Of a stretch of DNA of 61,733 bases, positions 39,161-48,605 are shown piece after piece (within the stretch, counting starts at the first letter, position 1; the number at the start of each line of letters is the position of its first letter). This DNA comes from an uncultured virus (IMG/VR IMGVR_UViG_3300023371_000086). Lineage: Duplodnaviria > Heunggongvirae > Uroviricota > Caudoviricetes. The notes beneath the pieces were generated by a model. It searched no databases, was not told where the DNA came from, and worked only from the letters and a program-made list of their open reading frames with translations. The translations under genes and the position numbers were made by a program. The stretch is taken from the IMG/VR virus record IMGVR_UViG_3300023371_000086; one strand, 5' to 3'.

Positions 39161-39829
39161 CTATTTGCTTGTATAAAAATTTTCTTTCATGTTAAAATGC
39201 CTTTCATATATGTGAAGGTCATGAGCAAAATGGTAATACGTACCTACTGGTATATTAAGCCTCTGTGCTACCATTTCTTGGAGCTTAGAGAAGCAATACT
39301 GGTCATTACAGAATCCGTAAACCAAATCATTGGAGCGCATTATGACCGTCATGTCAAGTGTGCCTATGCCTGGCTTAATGTCAAAGCCAACTGATAGTGT
39401 GCACGGTGTATCATATGCATAATCGTCTTTCTCTTTACCGTCATATATAGTAATCCATGCTTGACGAGTGCCCGTATTCTTCTTTAGCTGGGCTATGCAC
39501 TTCTCCAACTGGTCATTGCGATTCCACTGCCATCCATAATTAGAGTTGACAATGTTATCACCTCCGTGCATCTTATCCCACATCTTAGCACGTTTCTTCA
39601 GTTCCTCAACGCTCCTGTTACCTGATAGATACCAGTCCCACTCGCGTTTAGCGTAGCTATCACTGAACTTGCGCCACTCTGTAGTTATCTGTCTCTGGCT
39701 TGGGTCTATAATGTAAAATCCAGCATTATAGAGGGCTAACGTACCCGAAGAAGTTTTTACGCCATATTTCTTTATGCGTTCATATAAGTCTTCAAATGCT
39801 TCTGTTGCTGTGTGGTATGTCTGAATCAT
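39161..39829 (-). CDS. thymidylate-synthase-fold enzyme, probable dCMP hydroxymethylase
   Basis: NSNYG, catalytic DTPCT, MRSNDLVYGFCND (T4 gp42-like, Asp at the base-specificity site), HDLHIYERH. Confidence 0.8.
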   Translation of the reverse strand: MIQTYHTATEAFEDLYERIKKYGVKTSSGTLALYNAGFYIIDPSQRQITTEWRKFSDSYAKREWDWYLSGNRSVEELKKRAKMWDKMHGGDNIVNSNYGWQWNRNDQLEKCIAQLKKNTGTRQAWITIYDGKEKDDYAYDTPCTLSVGFDIKPGIGTLDMTVIMRSNDLVYGFCNDQYCFSKLQEMVAQRLNIPVGTYYHFAHDLHIYERHFNMKENFYTSK

Positions 39830-40356
39830 ATCTTGTTGGACCTGTTTTGATTTATTACGTCTTCTTTGTTTGTTGAACCGAATCCGCCGTCTCCTCGCTC
39901 AGTAGCTTCAATAAAGAGTTGCTCTTCAGGCACTTCTTCAACATCACAGTAAGTGACAGGAACAAGTACAAACTGAACGATTTTTGTACCTGGCTTAATG
40001 ACTACAGGAACTGTACCCGTATTGATGAGATGTATATGAATCTCGCCCTGGTAGTCTTCATCCACTACATTTGCTCCTACTACGAGAGAACAAAGATAAG
40101 CACCTTTCTTTGGCTTTCTACCGGCTCGCACGCAGGCATCATACGATGTTACCACTCCTGATTTATTCTTTGCAACGAACATATGACCTTCTGGCACACT
40201 AGCTTTAATTCCTGATGGAATAAGCACGTCGCAATGCGGTCCTACAACAGTTTCAGGGAAATCATTCGGCACGAAGAAATCAATTCCTGCTGATTTAGCT
40301 GTGCCTCTTTCTGGGGACTTTACGTCCCTAACTTTAATAAATCTCAGTGCTTTCAT
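39826..40356 (-). CDS. dut: trimeric dUTPase (possibly dCTP/dUTPase)
   Basis: AGIDF, KSG, VVDEDYQGEI, KIVQFV, RGDGGFGST motifs. Confidence 0.9.
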   Translation of the reverse strand: MKALRFIKVRDVKSPERGTAKSAGIDFFVPNDFPETVVGPHCDVLIPSGIKASVPEGHMFVAKNKSGVVTSYDACVRAGRKPKKGAYLCSLVVGANVVDEDYQGEIHIHLINTGTVPVVIKPGTKIVQFVLVPVTYCDVEEVPEEQLFIEATERGDGGFGSTNKEDVINQNRSNKI

Positions 40357-40357
40357 A

Positions 40358-40525
40358 TTAATCTTCTTCTATGTAAAGTGTAATTGCGTTTTCTTTTGTA
40401 TCTTCTAGCTGTACTATAAAACTGCGTTTTTCTATGCATATACCAGTTATAATTACGTTATTACTTGTATAGCCTTCCTCAAGAATCCTCTCTTTGAGTT
40501 TCCTCATGAATTCGCCTGCTGTCAT
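40358..40525 (-). CDS. small hypothetical protein (below ORF-track cutoff)
   Basis: Manual translation MTAGEFMRKLKERILEEG...LYIEED, 55 aa, fills the operon gap. Confidence 0.5.
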   Translation of the reverse strand: MTAGEFMRKLKERILEEGYTSNNVIITGICIEKRSFIVQLEDTKENAITLYIEED

Positions 40526-41288
40526 GGTCTCTATTTATTAGCGCGTTTAACAATTGGTGTTCTAAGTTATTTTGCCAGTTCTTGTCATTATACTGTACAT
40601 TATCAAACTTCAGCCATTCAGTTTTTTCAATGCGCTCTATATCTTTCTCATACATGTGTAATGAAGCAACTTGCATATGTATCTTACCAAATTTCAAATC
40701 TGGATACGTTCTAATCAACTCATAGTATACGAAGAAGTAGAACGTCGAGAACATGAATGCATCGTATGGAAGAAGTGTAACGAAGTTAGATGAGCGCATT
40801 TGCACAATCATTTCAAGCTTATTATTTCTAATAAGGAATTGAACATTGTTTGTACAAAGTTTATCTATAGATAAATCACTCATGGCCTCATCGTTGTTAA
40901 TGAAGAACATAGCATGCCTTGAATCTCTGTTTTTAAGCAGAGTAATTACACAGCTCAATAGACCGCCTTTCCTATACGCATATATTCCGTAGTTTGAATT
41001 GAATGCTTTGTGCACGTCATCTACGCATCTGGCGTATTCTGTGAAGTACTCAAGAATTGAGTAGTCATGCTCATCAGCTTTTTTATACCAGAAGTACATA
41101 GCCGCAGCTTTATCCAGCTTAAATAGCGTAGAGTCATAACTCATTATCATGCTGACGGCTGGAGAATACTCATAAGAAAAGCTCAATGCTTCAACGTAAC
41201 CATTGTTGTATTCTGCTTTTGACATGAACTGAGCATATATTGCTGCCCACTCATAACTCAAATGACTGTATAATTTTTGCATCATCAC
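40479..41288 (-). CDS. second, divergent thymidylate-synthase-fold enzyme
   Basis: NSNYG, DSRHA, DKLCT, QMRSSNFVTLLPYD, SLHMYE. Confidence 0.75.
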   Translation of the reverse strand: MMMQKLYSHLSYEWAAIYAQFMSKAEYNNGYVEALSFSYEYSPAVSMIMSYDSTLFKLDKAAAMYFWYKKADEHDYSILEYFTEYARCVDDVHKAFNSNYGIYAYRKGGLLSCVITLLKNRDSRHAMFFINNDEAMSDLSIDKLCTNNVQFLIRNNKLEMIVQMRSSNFVTLLPYDAFMFSTFYFFVYYELIRTYPDLKFGKIHMQVASLHMYEKDIERIEKTEWLKFDNVQYNDKNWQNNLEHQLLNALINRDHDSRRIHEETQREDS

Positions 41289-41923
41289 AATTCGTATCTT
41301 TCTATAATATCTTGTATAAGTATTTCTATTGGCATTCTATTCAAATCCCACTGCGTTAATAAATTCGATGTTCTTACACGATACATTGCATGTTTATTAA
41401 GCATCGATATAGTTATGCTTTCAATATATTTCAGTATGTCTATTTTTTGTGGTCTGAAAACTGTATCATCGCAAAGCTTGTTTATAGGAGCAAATTCAAT
41501 AACTTCATCGTATATATGCTTAAAAGCATATTCAGCGTGGTTTTGAACTCTTGACAACAAATGCCAATAAATGTTTAAGTCTCTTTCTGTCAGCTCTTTT
41601 TTGTCAACGTAGAAGAGCAAATAAAACAACGAATCAGTTATTGCTCTGTCTACAAGCACTATATCTGTATCGCTATATGCTCGTGATAGTAGATGAGCTT
41701 CAGCTGATATTTTTGAGGTGATTATGCTATCTTGAAAAGCTAAGTACTTACTTGGATTTTCTCTCAGCTCATCTATAGACCCAATTTTGTGTTCACGCAC
41801 AAGCTCGCTGAGCATTATAACTCTGTGGCCTCTGGCTTCCAAAGTTTCTTTAAGCTTTTCCATGGTGGTTGTCTTACCAGAAAAACAACCACCAGAAAAT
41901 GCTATTACTAACGGCTTACTCAT
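41285..41923 (-). CDS. P-loop kinase, candidate nucleotide monophosphate kinase
   Basis: SGGCFSGKTT Walker A, LVDRAITD; likely start MSKPLV at 41923. Confidence 0.75.
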   Translation of the reverse strand: MSKPLVIAFSGGCFSGKTTTMEKLKETLEARGHRVIMLSELVREHKIGSIDELRENPSKYLAFQDSIITSKISAEAHLLSRAYSDTDIVLVDRAITDSLFYLLFYVDKKELTERDLNIYWHLLSRVQNHAEYAFKHIYDEVIEFAPINKLCDDTVFRPQKIDILKYIESITISMLNKHAMYRVRTSNLLTQWDLNRMPIEILIQDIIERYEL

Positions 41924-43700
41924 TGTCGTCTGCAATTTCAATGATAAACAATATAGGCTCTTTGCCCTCTCTTGCATGCTCGCATTGATACTCGAAGTTC
42001 TGAAGAATCTCAGCAGTATCGAACGCGATAGGACGGCCATGGGCATTAAAACTTGTGTTTACAAGGCATTTAGCGTCACATATGTGCTGTACTTCGTTAA
42101 GAACTCTATCCATGAATGTTCCTGGCCTAACAATCTGTGGACGTCCAGTGCAGTATTGTCCAGATGGCATTCTGTGCATTACGCCTGCGTATTGCTGTGA
42201 ATATGGTTTGTAGTATTCATGCGTGCAAATCATAAAGAAGTCAGAACCTACTACTCTACTGAGTTCCTCTTTGTCAAAGAGGTCAAATGCGTTTAGCGGA
42301 GTACAAACAGGAGCACATGGCATAACTTCATTTCTATTATTCATGTGATTGTTATTGGCCACGTTCTCAGCTGTAGGGAGCATAAGAGTTGAAGTATTGC
42401 AAAGAGCTCTTGGACCAAACTCCATATCTCCAAAGATAAGATTAACTATGTTGCCATCAGAGATAAGCTGTGCAAGTTCTCGTGCTACGTATACGCAAGT
42501 GTCTTTTGTCATAACTCTATGGAACGCTCTCGCTGGAAGACTCTTCTTTATATTATACAACCTGCGCTTTCCTATGGCGAAAGTGTTGAATGGGAATTGC
42601 TCTCCAGTATATTTATAATACATACCGATAGCCGCGCCTTGGTCTCCTGCCAAAGGCATAGCACAAAATACGCCGTCAGTGTGTGTAAGAATGGTGTTAT
42701 TAAGCTTGACGTTATAGAAACATCCGCCTACGCATATTACATTATGCATTCCATATTGGCCTATGATAGACAGGAAATACCACTCTATGGTTGATTGTAT
42801 AAGATATGCTATAGCCACTCTCTTCTTGAAAGTATAGCCGTAAACGCTATCGTCTTTGATACTAATCTCTCCGAGTACATTTGCAAATGCTTTGTGCCAG
42901 TTTATTTTTACATCTGCAAGAGCATCGTAGTCAATAGAACCACACTTACCATATTTTGGCTCTGTGTTAAACTCTGCAAAGCTAAGAAGCTTCTTTGCGT
43001 AGAGAGATGCGTATCTGGTTATGGTATCAATATCTTCTTGTGAAAAGCATTCTTGTATATGTGCTTCATAACCTAAGAACTTATACTCATCTTGATTTTC
43101 TTTCATTTCACAGAATGATGTAGCGTACTGATACATCAAACCAAGAGATGCTTCATATCCATATATCCTATGAATTAGTTTAGGCGTTTTGTCATTCTTC
43201 CATGAAGATGTACAGTAAATTGACACAACTTCCTGATTTGTACCAAATCCATCAGCTACAATAGTATAGAGCTGCTTAACTGGAGACTTATCTCTCAACT
43301 TATCTTTTTCTATAACTCTGAAATAGTTATAGAATGACATGGCACTCCAAGCGTGAGCGTCATGATGTGTGAAGCTGTTATCTACGAAGTTGATGTTGCT
43401 TGAAATCTTCTTAAGATTATCATAGTCTACCTGTGACATGTATTTAGAAGGAATGAATGTATAAGCTCCTTCTGATGACTTCTCACAGTCAAACCAGTGC
43501 GAGACTAGAATGATACAATCTTTGATTCTCTCTATGCCAGCGTTGTGGATAATTTCACTGATTGCATCTTTTGGGAACTGGCTATCAGCCTTTATGCCTG
43601 AGAGCCTCTCTTGCTCGTAACCAATTACATAATCACCATCTACAAAAATTGCAGAAGAATTGTGTCCGAGCGTAATCAATAAGCTTTTTGTGTTCTTCAT
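41916..43700 (-). CDS. carbamoyltransferase (NodU/CmcH/TobZ family)
   Basis: GHNSSA, EQERLSGIK, HHDAHA, ADGFG, GGCFYNVKLN, GDQGAAIG, EFGPRAL, LVNTSFNAHGRPI. Confidence 0.93.
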   Translation of the reverse strand: MKNTKSLLITLGHNSSAIFVDGDYVIGYEQERLSGIKADSQFPKDAISEIIHNAGIERIKDCIILVSHWFDCEKSSEGAYTFIPSKYMSQVDYDNLKKISSNINFVDNSFTHHDAHAWSAMSFYNYFRVIEKDKLRDKSPVKQLYTIVADGFGTNQEVVSIYCTSSWKNDKTPKLIHRIYGYEASLGLMYQYATSFCEMKENQDEYKFLGYEAHIQECFSQEDIDTITRYASLYAKKLLSFAEFNTEPKYGKCGSIDYDALADVKINWHKAFANVLGEISIKDDSVYGYTFKKRVAIAYLIQSTIEWYFLSIIGQYGMHNVICVGGCFYNVKLNNTILTHTDGVFCAMPLAGDQGAAIGMYYKYTGEQFPFNTFAIGKRRLYNIKKSLPARAFHRVMTKDTCVYVARELAQLISDGNIVNLIFGDMEFGPRALCNTSTLMLPTAENVANNNHMNNRNEVMPCAPVCTPLNAFDLFDKEELSRVVGSDFFMICTHEYYKPYSQQYAGVMHRMPSGQYCTGRPQIVRPGTFMDRVLNEVQHICDAKCLVNTSFNAHGRPIAFDTAEILQNFEYQCEHAREGKEPILFIIEIADDNE

Positions 43701-43717
43701 TTTGATATAACTTTTAT

Positions 43718-43762
43718 TTCTGTAAATATAAAAAATTCTTTTGAAATATAAAAATTTTTTCG
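43718..43762 (-). promoter_or_regulatory. promoter for the nucleotide-modification operon
   Basis: Minus strand TTATATTTACAG -7-type box in an AT-rich gap. Confidence 0.55.
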
Positions 43763-43787
43763 CATTTATTTTTAACCAAATTTTATA

Positions 43788-45257
43788 CTAAAGAAATTTT
43801 TTGTACTTCTCAATCTTTGCTTTTATACTATCCATCAAATCATTTTGCTTTCTGTCTTTATTCTTGAGAGACTGTATTACATCTTCATCGTGTGTACCTG
43901 ACAGAATAAGATGATTGATAATAACGCTGTTCTTCTGTCCTTGCCTGTAGAGCCTTGCGTTAAACTGCTGATATAATTCTAGACTCCAGGTTTGGCCATA
44001 CCATACAATGATATTGCCACCAGCTTGAAGGTTAAGTCCATGGCCAGCTGATGCAGGATGAGCTAACATAACTTGAACCCTGCCTTCGTTCCAATCTTTA
44101 ATATCCTGTGGTGTTTTGAGCTCTCTTGGTTTGTACGCTTTTAGGTACTCTTTTATTCTATCTCTGTCAAACTGATATGTCCAAGCAACGAGCACAGATT
44201 TGCCATTGGCGTCTTCTATAATCTCCTTAAGAGCTTCTAGCTTAATATCATGAATTGGGTGAAAAGTTTTATTGTCGTCATATATAGCGCCATTCGCAAA
44301 CTGTAGAAGCTTATTTGATAGTGCTCCAGCATTTACTGCATTTATCTCGACAGGCTTTTCTACAAATACAGAATTTCCATTTTCGTCTTGCTCTTCTACT
44401 GTTTCGGTCATCATCTCTATGACTTTTTCCTTTTCGAAGTCAAGATACTTTTTCTTCAGCGCGTCTGGCATATTAAGCTTTATGAAATTATCTGTGCGCT
44501 CTGGCATCTTAAGATAATCCTCAGCTTTCATGCTTATACATATATCACTTATCTTTTCGTGGATTAAACTCTCAGAATTGTCACCGAGGATGTAATTATA
44601 CACAACGTGCCCATTTGTTCTACCAGGCCTAAAGTATCTTTCACGATAGCGAGTTATAGTCTTCTCAAGGCGCTCTCCTCTGTCCATGAGATATATTTGC
44701 GGCCACAAATCTATGAGTCCATTTGGAGCAGGGGTGCCAGTTAGACCGACTAAGCGTTTGAAATATGGCCTCGCGCTACGCAAAGCTTTAAAGCGCAATG
44801 ACTTGTATGATTTAAAACTACTGAGCTCATCTATGACTACCATATCAAATGGCAACTTAGCTCCTCCATAAAGAGCGCATAACCACGCGACGTTGTCTCT
44901 TGAAATGAGATAAATTTCAGCTTTGGTTTTAAGTGCTTCTATGCGTTTAGCTTCTGTGCCGATTATCTTTGAAAACCTTAGATGCTTAAGATGGTCCCAT
45001 TTCTCAGCTTCTTCTTGCCAGACTGATTCTGTTACTCTCTTAGGTGCTATGACAAGCACTGAGTTAATCTCACAATAATCATTCATAAGATAATTGATTG
45101 CTGTTAGTGTAGATACAGTTTTGCCTAAACCCATATCAAGAAACACACCACAGTATCTATTATCTATTATATGTTCTACACAAGCTTTTTGATAATTGTG
45201 TAGGTTACTCTCCGTAAGTTTCATGGCTAATGTCATGTCCGTAGTTATATTCGTCAT
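43788..45257 (-). CDS. SNF2-family helicase
   Basis: LDMGLGKT, VIDELSSFK, LTGTP, HPASAGHGLNLQ, QFNARLYRQGQ. Confidence 0.93.
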   Translation of the reverse strand: MTNITTDMTLAMKLTESNLHNYQKACVEHIIDNRYCGVFLDMGLGKTVSTLTAINYLMNDYCEINSVLVIAPKRVTESVWQEEAEKWDHLKHLRFSKIIGTEAKRIEALKTKAEIYLISRDNVAWLCALYGGAKLPFDMVVIDELSSFKSYKSLRFKALRSARPYFKRLVGLTGTPAPNGLIDLWPQIYLMDRGERLEKTITRYRERYFRPGRTNGHVVYNYILGDNSESLIHEKISDICISMKAEDYLKMPERTDNFIKLNMPDALKKKYLDFEKEKVIEMMTETVEEQDENGNSVFVEKPVEINAVNAGALSNKLLQFANGAIYDDNKTFHPIHDIKLEALKEIIEDANGKSVLVAWTYQFDRDRIKEYLKAYKPRELKTPQDIKDWNEGRVQVMLAHPASAGHGLNLQAGGNIIVWYGQTWSLELYQQFNARLYRQGQKNSVIINHLILSGTHDEDVIQSLKNKDRKQNDLMDSIKAKIEKYKKFL

Positions 45258-45405
45258 TTTCTAACTCCAACGCTTCTCTATTAGACATAGATTTGTATTC
45301 TTTATTGAATGTTTCAGCTAATGTAAACATAACATAACTAATTAAACAAGCTGCTGCAACAATAACTGCTATCACTATGGCAGCAATAATTATTCCTAGT
45401 TTCAT
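45205..45405 (-). CDS. small membrane protein
   Basis: N-terminal hydrophobic helix. Confidence 0.5.
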   Translation of the reverse strand: MKLGIIIAAIVIAVIVAAACLISYVMFTLAETFNKEYKSMSNREALELENDEYNYGHDISHETYGE

Positions 45406-45680
45406 ATACTTTCTATAAATTTAGTTATTCCTTCTAGTGTATCAATTACTTCTACTCTAAAGCCTAGAGCTTTCAGCCTATTGTGCACAAAGATTTGTAT
45501 CTTTCGTGGTTTTTTTCCTGTGGTTTTCAACTCAACAAAAATTGCTTTTTGCTCTGGAAACAAACAAAGCCTATCAGGCAGTCCTGTGAAATAGTCACTA
45601 AGAAGTTTTATGCACATCCCTCCTCTCTCTTTAACTGCTTCAACAAGTTTGCGCTCTATGACTTTTTCACTTGACTCCAT
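45402..45680 (-). CDS. VRR-NUC nuclease
   Basis: EKVIE...GLPDRL...FVELK..GKKPRKIQ. Confidence 0.9.
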   Translation of the reverse strand: MESSEKVIERKLVEAVKERGGMCIKLLSDYFTGLPDRLCLFPEQKAIFVELKTTGKKPRKIQIFVHNRLKALGFRVEVIDTLEGITKFIESI

Positions 45681-45957
45681 ATTCTTCTCCCAATTCGTAA
45701 AATGTGTTTTCTATACCAATTTCGCATATCATTTTTGCTGCTATGTGCGCATGAGTTTTAGTCTTAAACTTAACGCCAAAGCCATCTTGTGATATGACTC
45801 TGTATTTATCATAGCTGTATTTCTTTTTAGCTAATAGTATACAATTGCCATGGTCTATTTTTACCGTAGCAAAAGTCCAGTCTGGTTGTTTCTGCAATGA
45901 ATCCATAAAGGCTTTAAGCCTTAGCTCCTGCTCTTGCTTATAATCTATCGCGCTCAT
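45667..45957 (-). CDS. hypothetical protein
   Basis: 96 aa. Confidence 0.6.
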   Translation of the reverse strand: MSAIDYKQEQELRLKAFMDSLQKQPDWTFATVKIDHGNCILLAKKKYSYDKYRVISQDGFGVKFKTKTHAHIAAKMICEIGIENTFYELGEEYGVK

Positions 45958-45962
45958 ATAAC

Positions 45963-46196
45963 TTATTTTTTGCTCTCTTCTGTAAATTCAACATCTGCAA
46001 TTACTTTTGTCGAAGGTTCATTCGAATAAAGCAATAGACAACTAGAAGAACCGATTGAAGAATGTCTGAATAATGTTACATACTTTATGAATGGACGATT
46101 TTTTAGAAAATCATCTATACAATCAGCTAATTCTTTCTTATATTGCTCTTTCAATGCTCTTATCTCTGCAAGAGTCATATCTTCTAACTGTTTCAT
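45963..46196 (-). CDS. hypothetical protein
   Basis: 77 aa. Confidence 0.55.
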   Translation of the reverse strand: MKQLEDMTLAEIRALKEQYKKELADCIDDFLKNRPFIKYVTLFRHSSIGSSSCLLLYSNEPSTKVIADVEFTEESKK

Positions 46197-48595
46197 AACA
46201 AACTCTCCTTTCTTTTGTAGTATTTCTGTTTGCCGTATAGAGGGAAGTTCTTTGTCGATGATACCGCTTCCCAGTCTGCCAATGATTTAAGTGTCTCGTT
46301 TATATCTCTTGTGTTATATCTTGACATATCAGCTTTGTCTTTGCCAAGGCACTCACACCAAATTTCAGCTACGCAAACGTATTTTCTTTGTACTGTGCCT
46401 TTCTTACGTATTGGGTCTTCAAGCCAATTTCTACGTTCGAATATATCCATATCAGCCCAATTATCTGGGTATAACTTATCAAGGAACTCCTCAATAATGC
46501 CTTTGCGCTCATCTGACTCAGCGTGCTTAGCTTGCTCTATTCTAGCGAGCATACTTTCATTGCTATTTAGATACAGCGGCTCATCAGCCAAGTATAATTG
46601 ATATGCCTCAGCCCAGATTTGGTCAATAACCTCGTCGGTCATATCTGTAACTACAGACAACTTTGCTTTATCGTGCTTGACGTCCACTGGCATGAATCGT
46701 CTATTACCTGTTGGGTCTTTGAGGAAGTCTTTGCTGTTAGTAGTTCCAAAGAACACGCATTGACGTTTGTACGTTTCAACCACTCTACCATAAGCTGGTC
46801 TGAATGAATCTTCCTGTTTAGATATATAAAGCTTGATAGTTTCAACTTCTGCTTTCTTCAATCCTGAAAGCTCAGCCATCTCTATAATCCAAGCACTCTG
46901 TATTTGCTCGAATGACTCTTTTCCCTGTACTGTTGTAAACGTATCTGAGAACCAATCTTTTCCAAGCTTTTTGACAAACGTGCTTTTGTATGTTCCTTGG
47001 TCTCCAACCAGTATGAGCGCTAAGTCAAACTTGATACCTGGCTCAAAGACTCTTGCAACTGCGGCACATAACATTTTACGTATAGCCGCTCTCGTATATG
47101 GATTATCTTCTGCACCAAAGTAGTCAATCAGTAGTGTATCAATTCTTGGTAATCCATCCCACTCAAGCGACTTGATATAATCAATGATTGGATGAAATTT
47201 CTTCTTTTCGAACTCAAGAGACAAAGCATCATCTACTTTCTGGCTTGATACAATACCATAAACGCACTCAATATAATTACGTATACCTGCATAGTCGACA
47301 TCACGAAATAACTCAGTTCCATCAACTTTTCTCCAGGGCAATGAATGCACAACGTATCTTTTGTTATCAAATGTGTTGAGCTTGAATGCATTCCTAATCA
47401 TCTTATCGTTTTGGATAATTAGGTTTATGTTGTTAGCGGAGCTTTCATAGTCTCCTCGTGTATTAGCTTCAAGCTGTTCAACCCATGAATTATCCTCTGC
47501 TGAATCTGTCTCTTCTTCGACTCCTTCGGCAAATTCGAATCTGGCTTCAGCAAACTTCTCATCTGCGATATGTCTTCTAGTGGCAGGGTCTTTTGTGGCA
47601 AATTCTTCCATTGCCTTGTAGCTCTTTTTGTCCTGCTCACTTTTCTCTTTACCAGTGTCTAAGTGGCCGAATTTATGTATTCTTACAAGGTCAAATGCAT
47701 TGCATAGACGTCCTCCAGCCGGGTCTGTTCCATGATGAGAATATGCAAACTTATCATCGTACGTTATAAGTCCTGCCGCTGTAGTTCCTTTGGTATAAGA
47801 GTATCGTCCATCGCCCGCGCTTTCATACTCGTCTGCTAGGAATTTTTCGATAGCATCTTGGATTGTATACGTACGACAGAATACACCAACTATTCCTTTT
47901 TTAGTCTCAGGGTCTTCTTGCTTCTTAATAGCGGATTTTATAGTATCCGTATAATCAGATGCTGTTGGCCATTCACTTGTATCGTGCCAATCATTGTATT
48001 GTGCAAGTACATGGTCAGCGCTGAGGAACTCTCCATCTTGATAGTTGAAGTAATACTCCATATCACAAGATACAGATGGCCAGAACATAAGCCTGTTTAC
48101 GTCAAACGTCGATTGGTCAAACAGGTCTATATTCAAGTCGCCAGCTATCTTTCTAGCAATGGCCTGATATTCTTCTTGTGATACTTCTCTATCGAGCGGT
48201 ATTACAAGACGATGACGAGGCTTTTCTTTGGTTGACTTATGCGTTGAATGTATAACAGCCGCGCAGCTAAAAAGCATTAAGAAATCATCCCAGAAATTCT
48301 CATGAGAGAAGTCAATGTCCAAGGTTATGAGCTGGCGATAGAGTACATTAGTCTTATCTCTTCGTCCATTTGTCAAGAAGCCTCCCACAAATCCTCCAAC
48401 ATCTTTGATTTTACCTTGCTCAGCTTTGTTAGCACTTATGAATTGCTTGTATGTTTCAGATGTTTTAGTTGCCTCGGATAATTTAGCAACTAATTCACTC
48501 CAAGGAATTTTGGTATTTTTCCAAACTTTACTTGTAGCACTTAAACCAACAGCAATGTTTATACTTCCGTCGTGTAATAGTTTTATTGTCTGCAT
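46193..48595 (-). CDS. primase-helicase with VapE (virulence-associated E) domain
   Basis: N-terminal LDID and HSTH primase motifs; GDQGTYKST, EMAEL, FFGTTN, DPTGNRRF. Confidence 0.92.
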   Translation of the reverse strand: MQTIKLLHDGSINIAVGLSATSKVWKNTKIPWSELVAKLSEATKTSETYKQFISANKAEQGKIKDVGGFVGGFLTNGRRDKTNVLYRQLITLDIDFSHENFWDDFLMLFSCAAVIHSTHKSTKEKPRHRLVIPLDREVSQEEYQAIARKIAGDLNIDLFDQSTFDVNRLMFWPSVSCDMEYYFNYQDGEFLSADHVLAQYNDWHDTSEWPTASDYTDTIKSAIKKQEDPETKKGIVGVFCRTYTIQDAIEKFLADEYESAGDGRYSYTKGTTAAGLITYDDKFAYSHHGTDPAGGRLCNAFDLVRIHKFGHLDTGKEKSEQDKKSYKAMEEFATKDPATRRHIADEKFAEARFEFAEGVEEETDSAEDNSWVEQLEANTRGDYESSANNINLIIQNDKMIRNAFKLNTFDNKRYVVHSLPWRKVDGTELFRDVDYAGIRNYIECVYGIVSSQKVDDALSLEFEKKKFHPIIDYIKSLEWDGLPRIDTLLIDYFGAEDNPYTRAAIRKMLCAAVARVFEPGIKFDLALILVGDQGTYKSTFVKKLGKDWFSDTFTTVQGKESFEQIQSAWIIEMAELSGLKKAEVETIKLYISKQEDSFRPAYGRVVETYKRQCVFFGTTNSKDFLKDPTGNRRFMPVDVKHDKAKLSVVTDMTDEVIDQIWAEAYQLYLADEPLYLNSNESMLARIEQAKHAESDERKGIIEEFLDKLYPDNWADMDIFERRNWLEDPIRKKGTVQRKYVCVAEIWCECLGKDKADMSRYNTRDINETLKSLADWEAVSSTKNFPLYGKQKYYKRKESLL

Positions 48596-48605
48596 GTTTT
48601 ATGTA

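Noticed and set aside
39161..39829. Plain thymidylate synthase (thyA)
   Set aside because: Asp in place of the dUMP-specifying Asn, gp42-like motif and carbamoyltransferase context.
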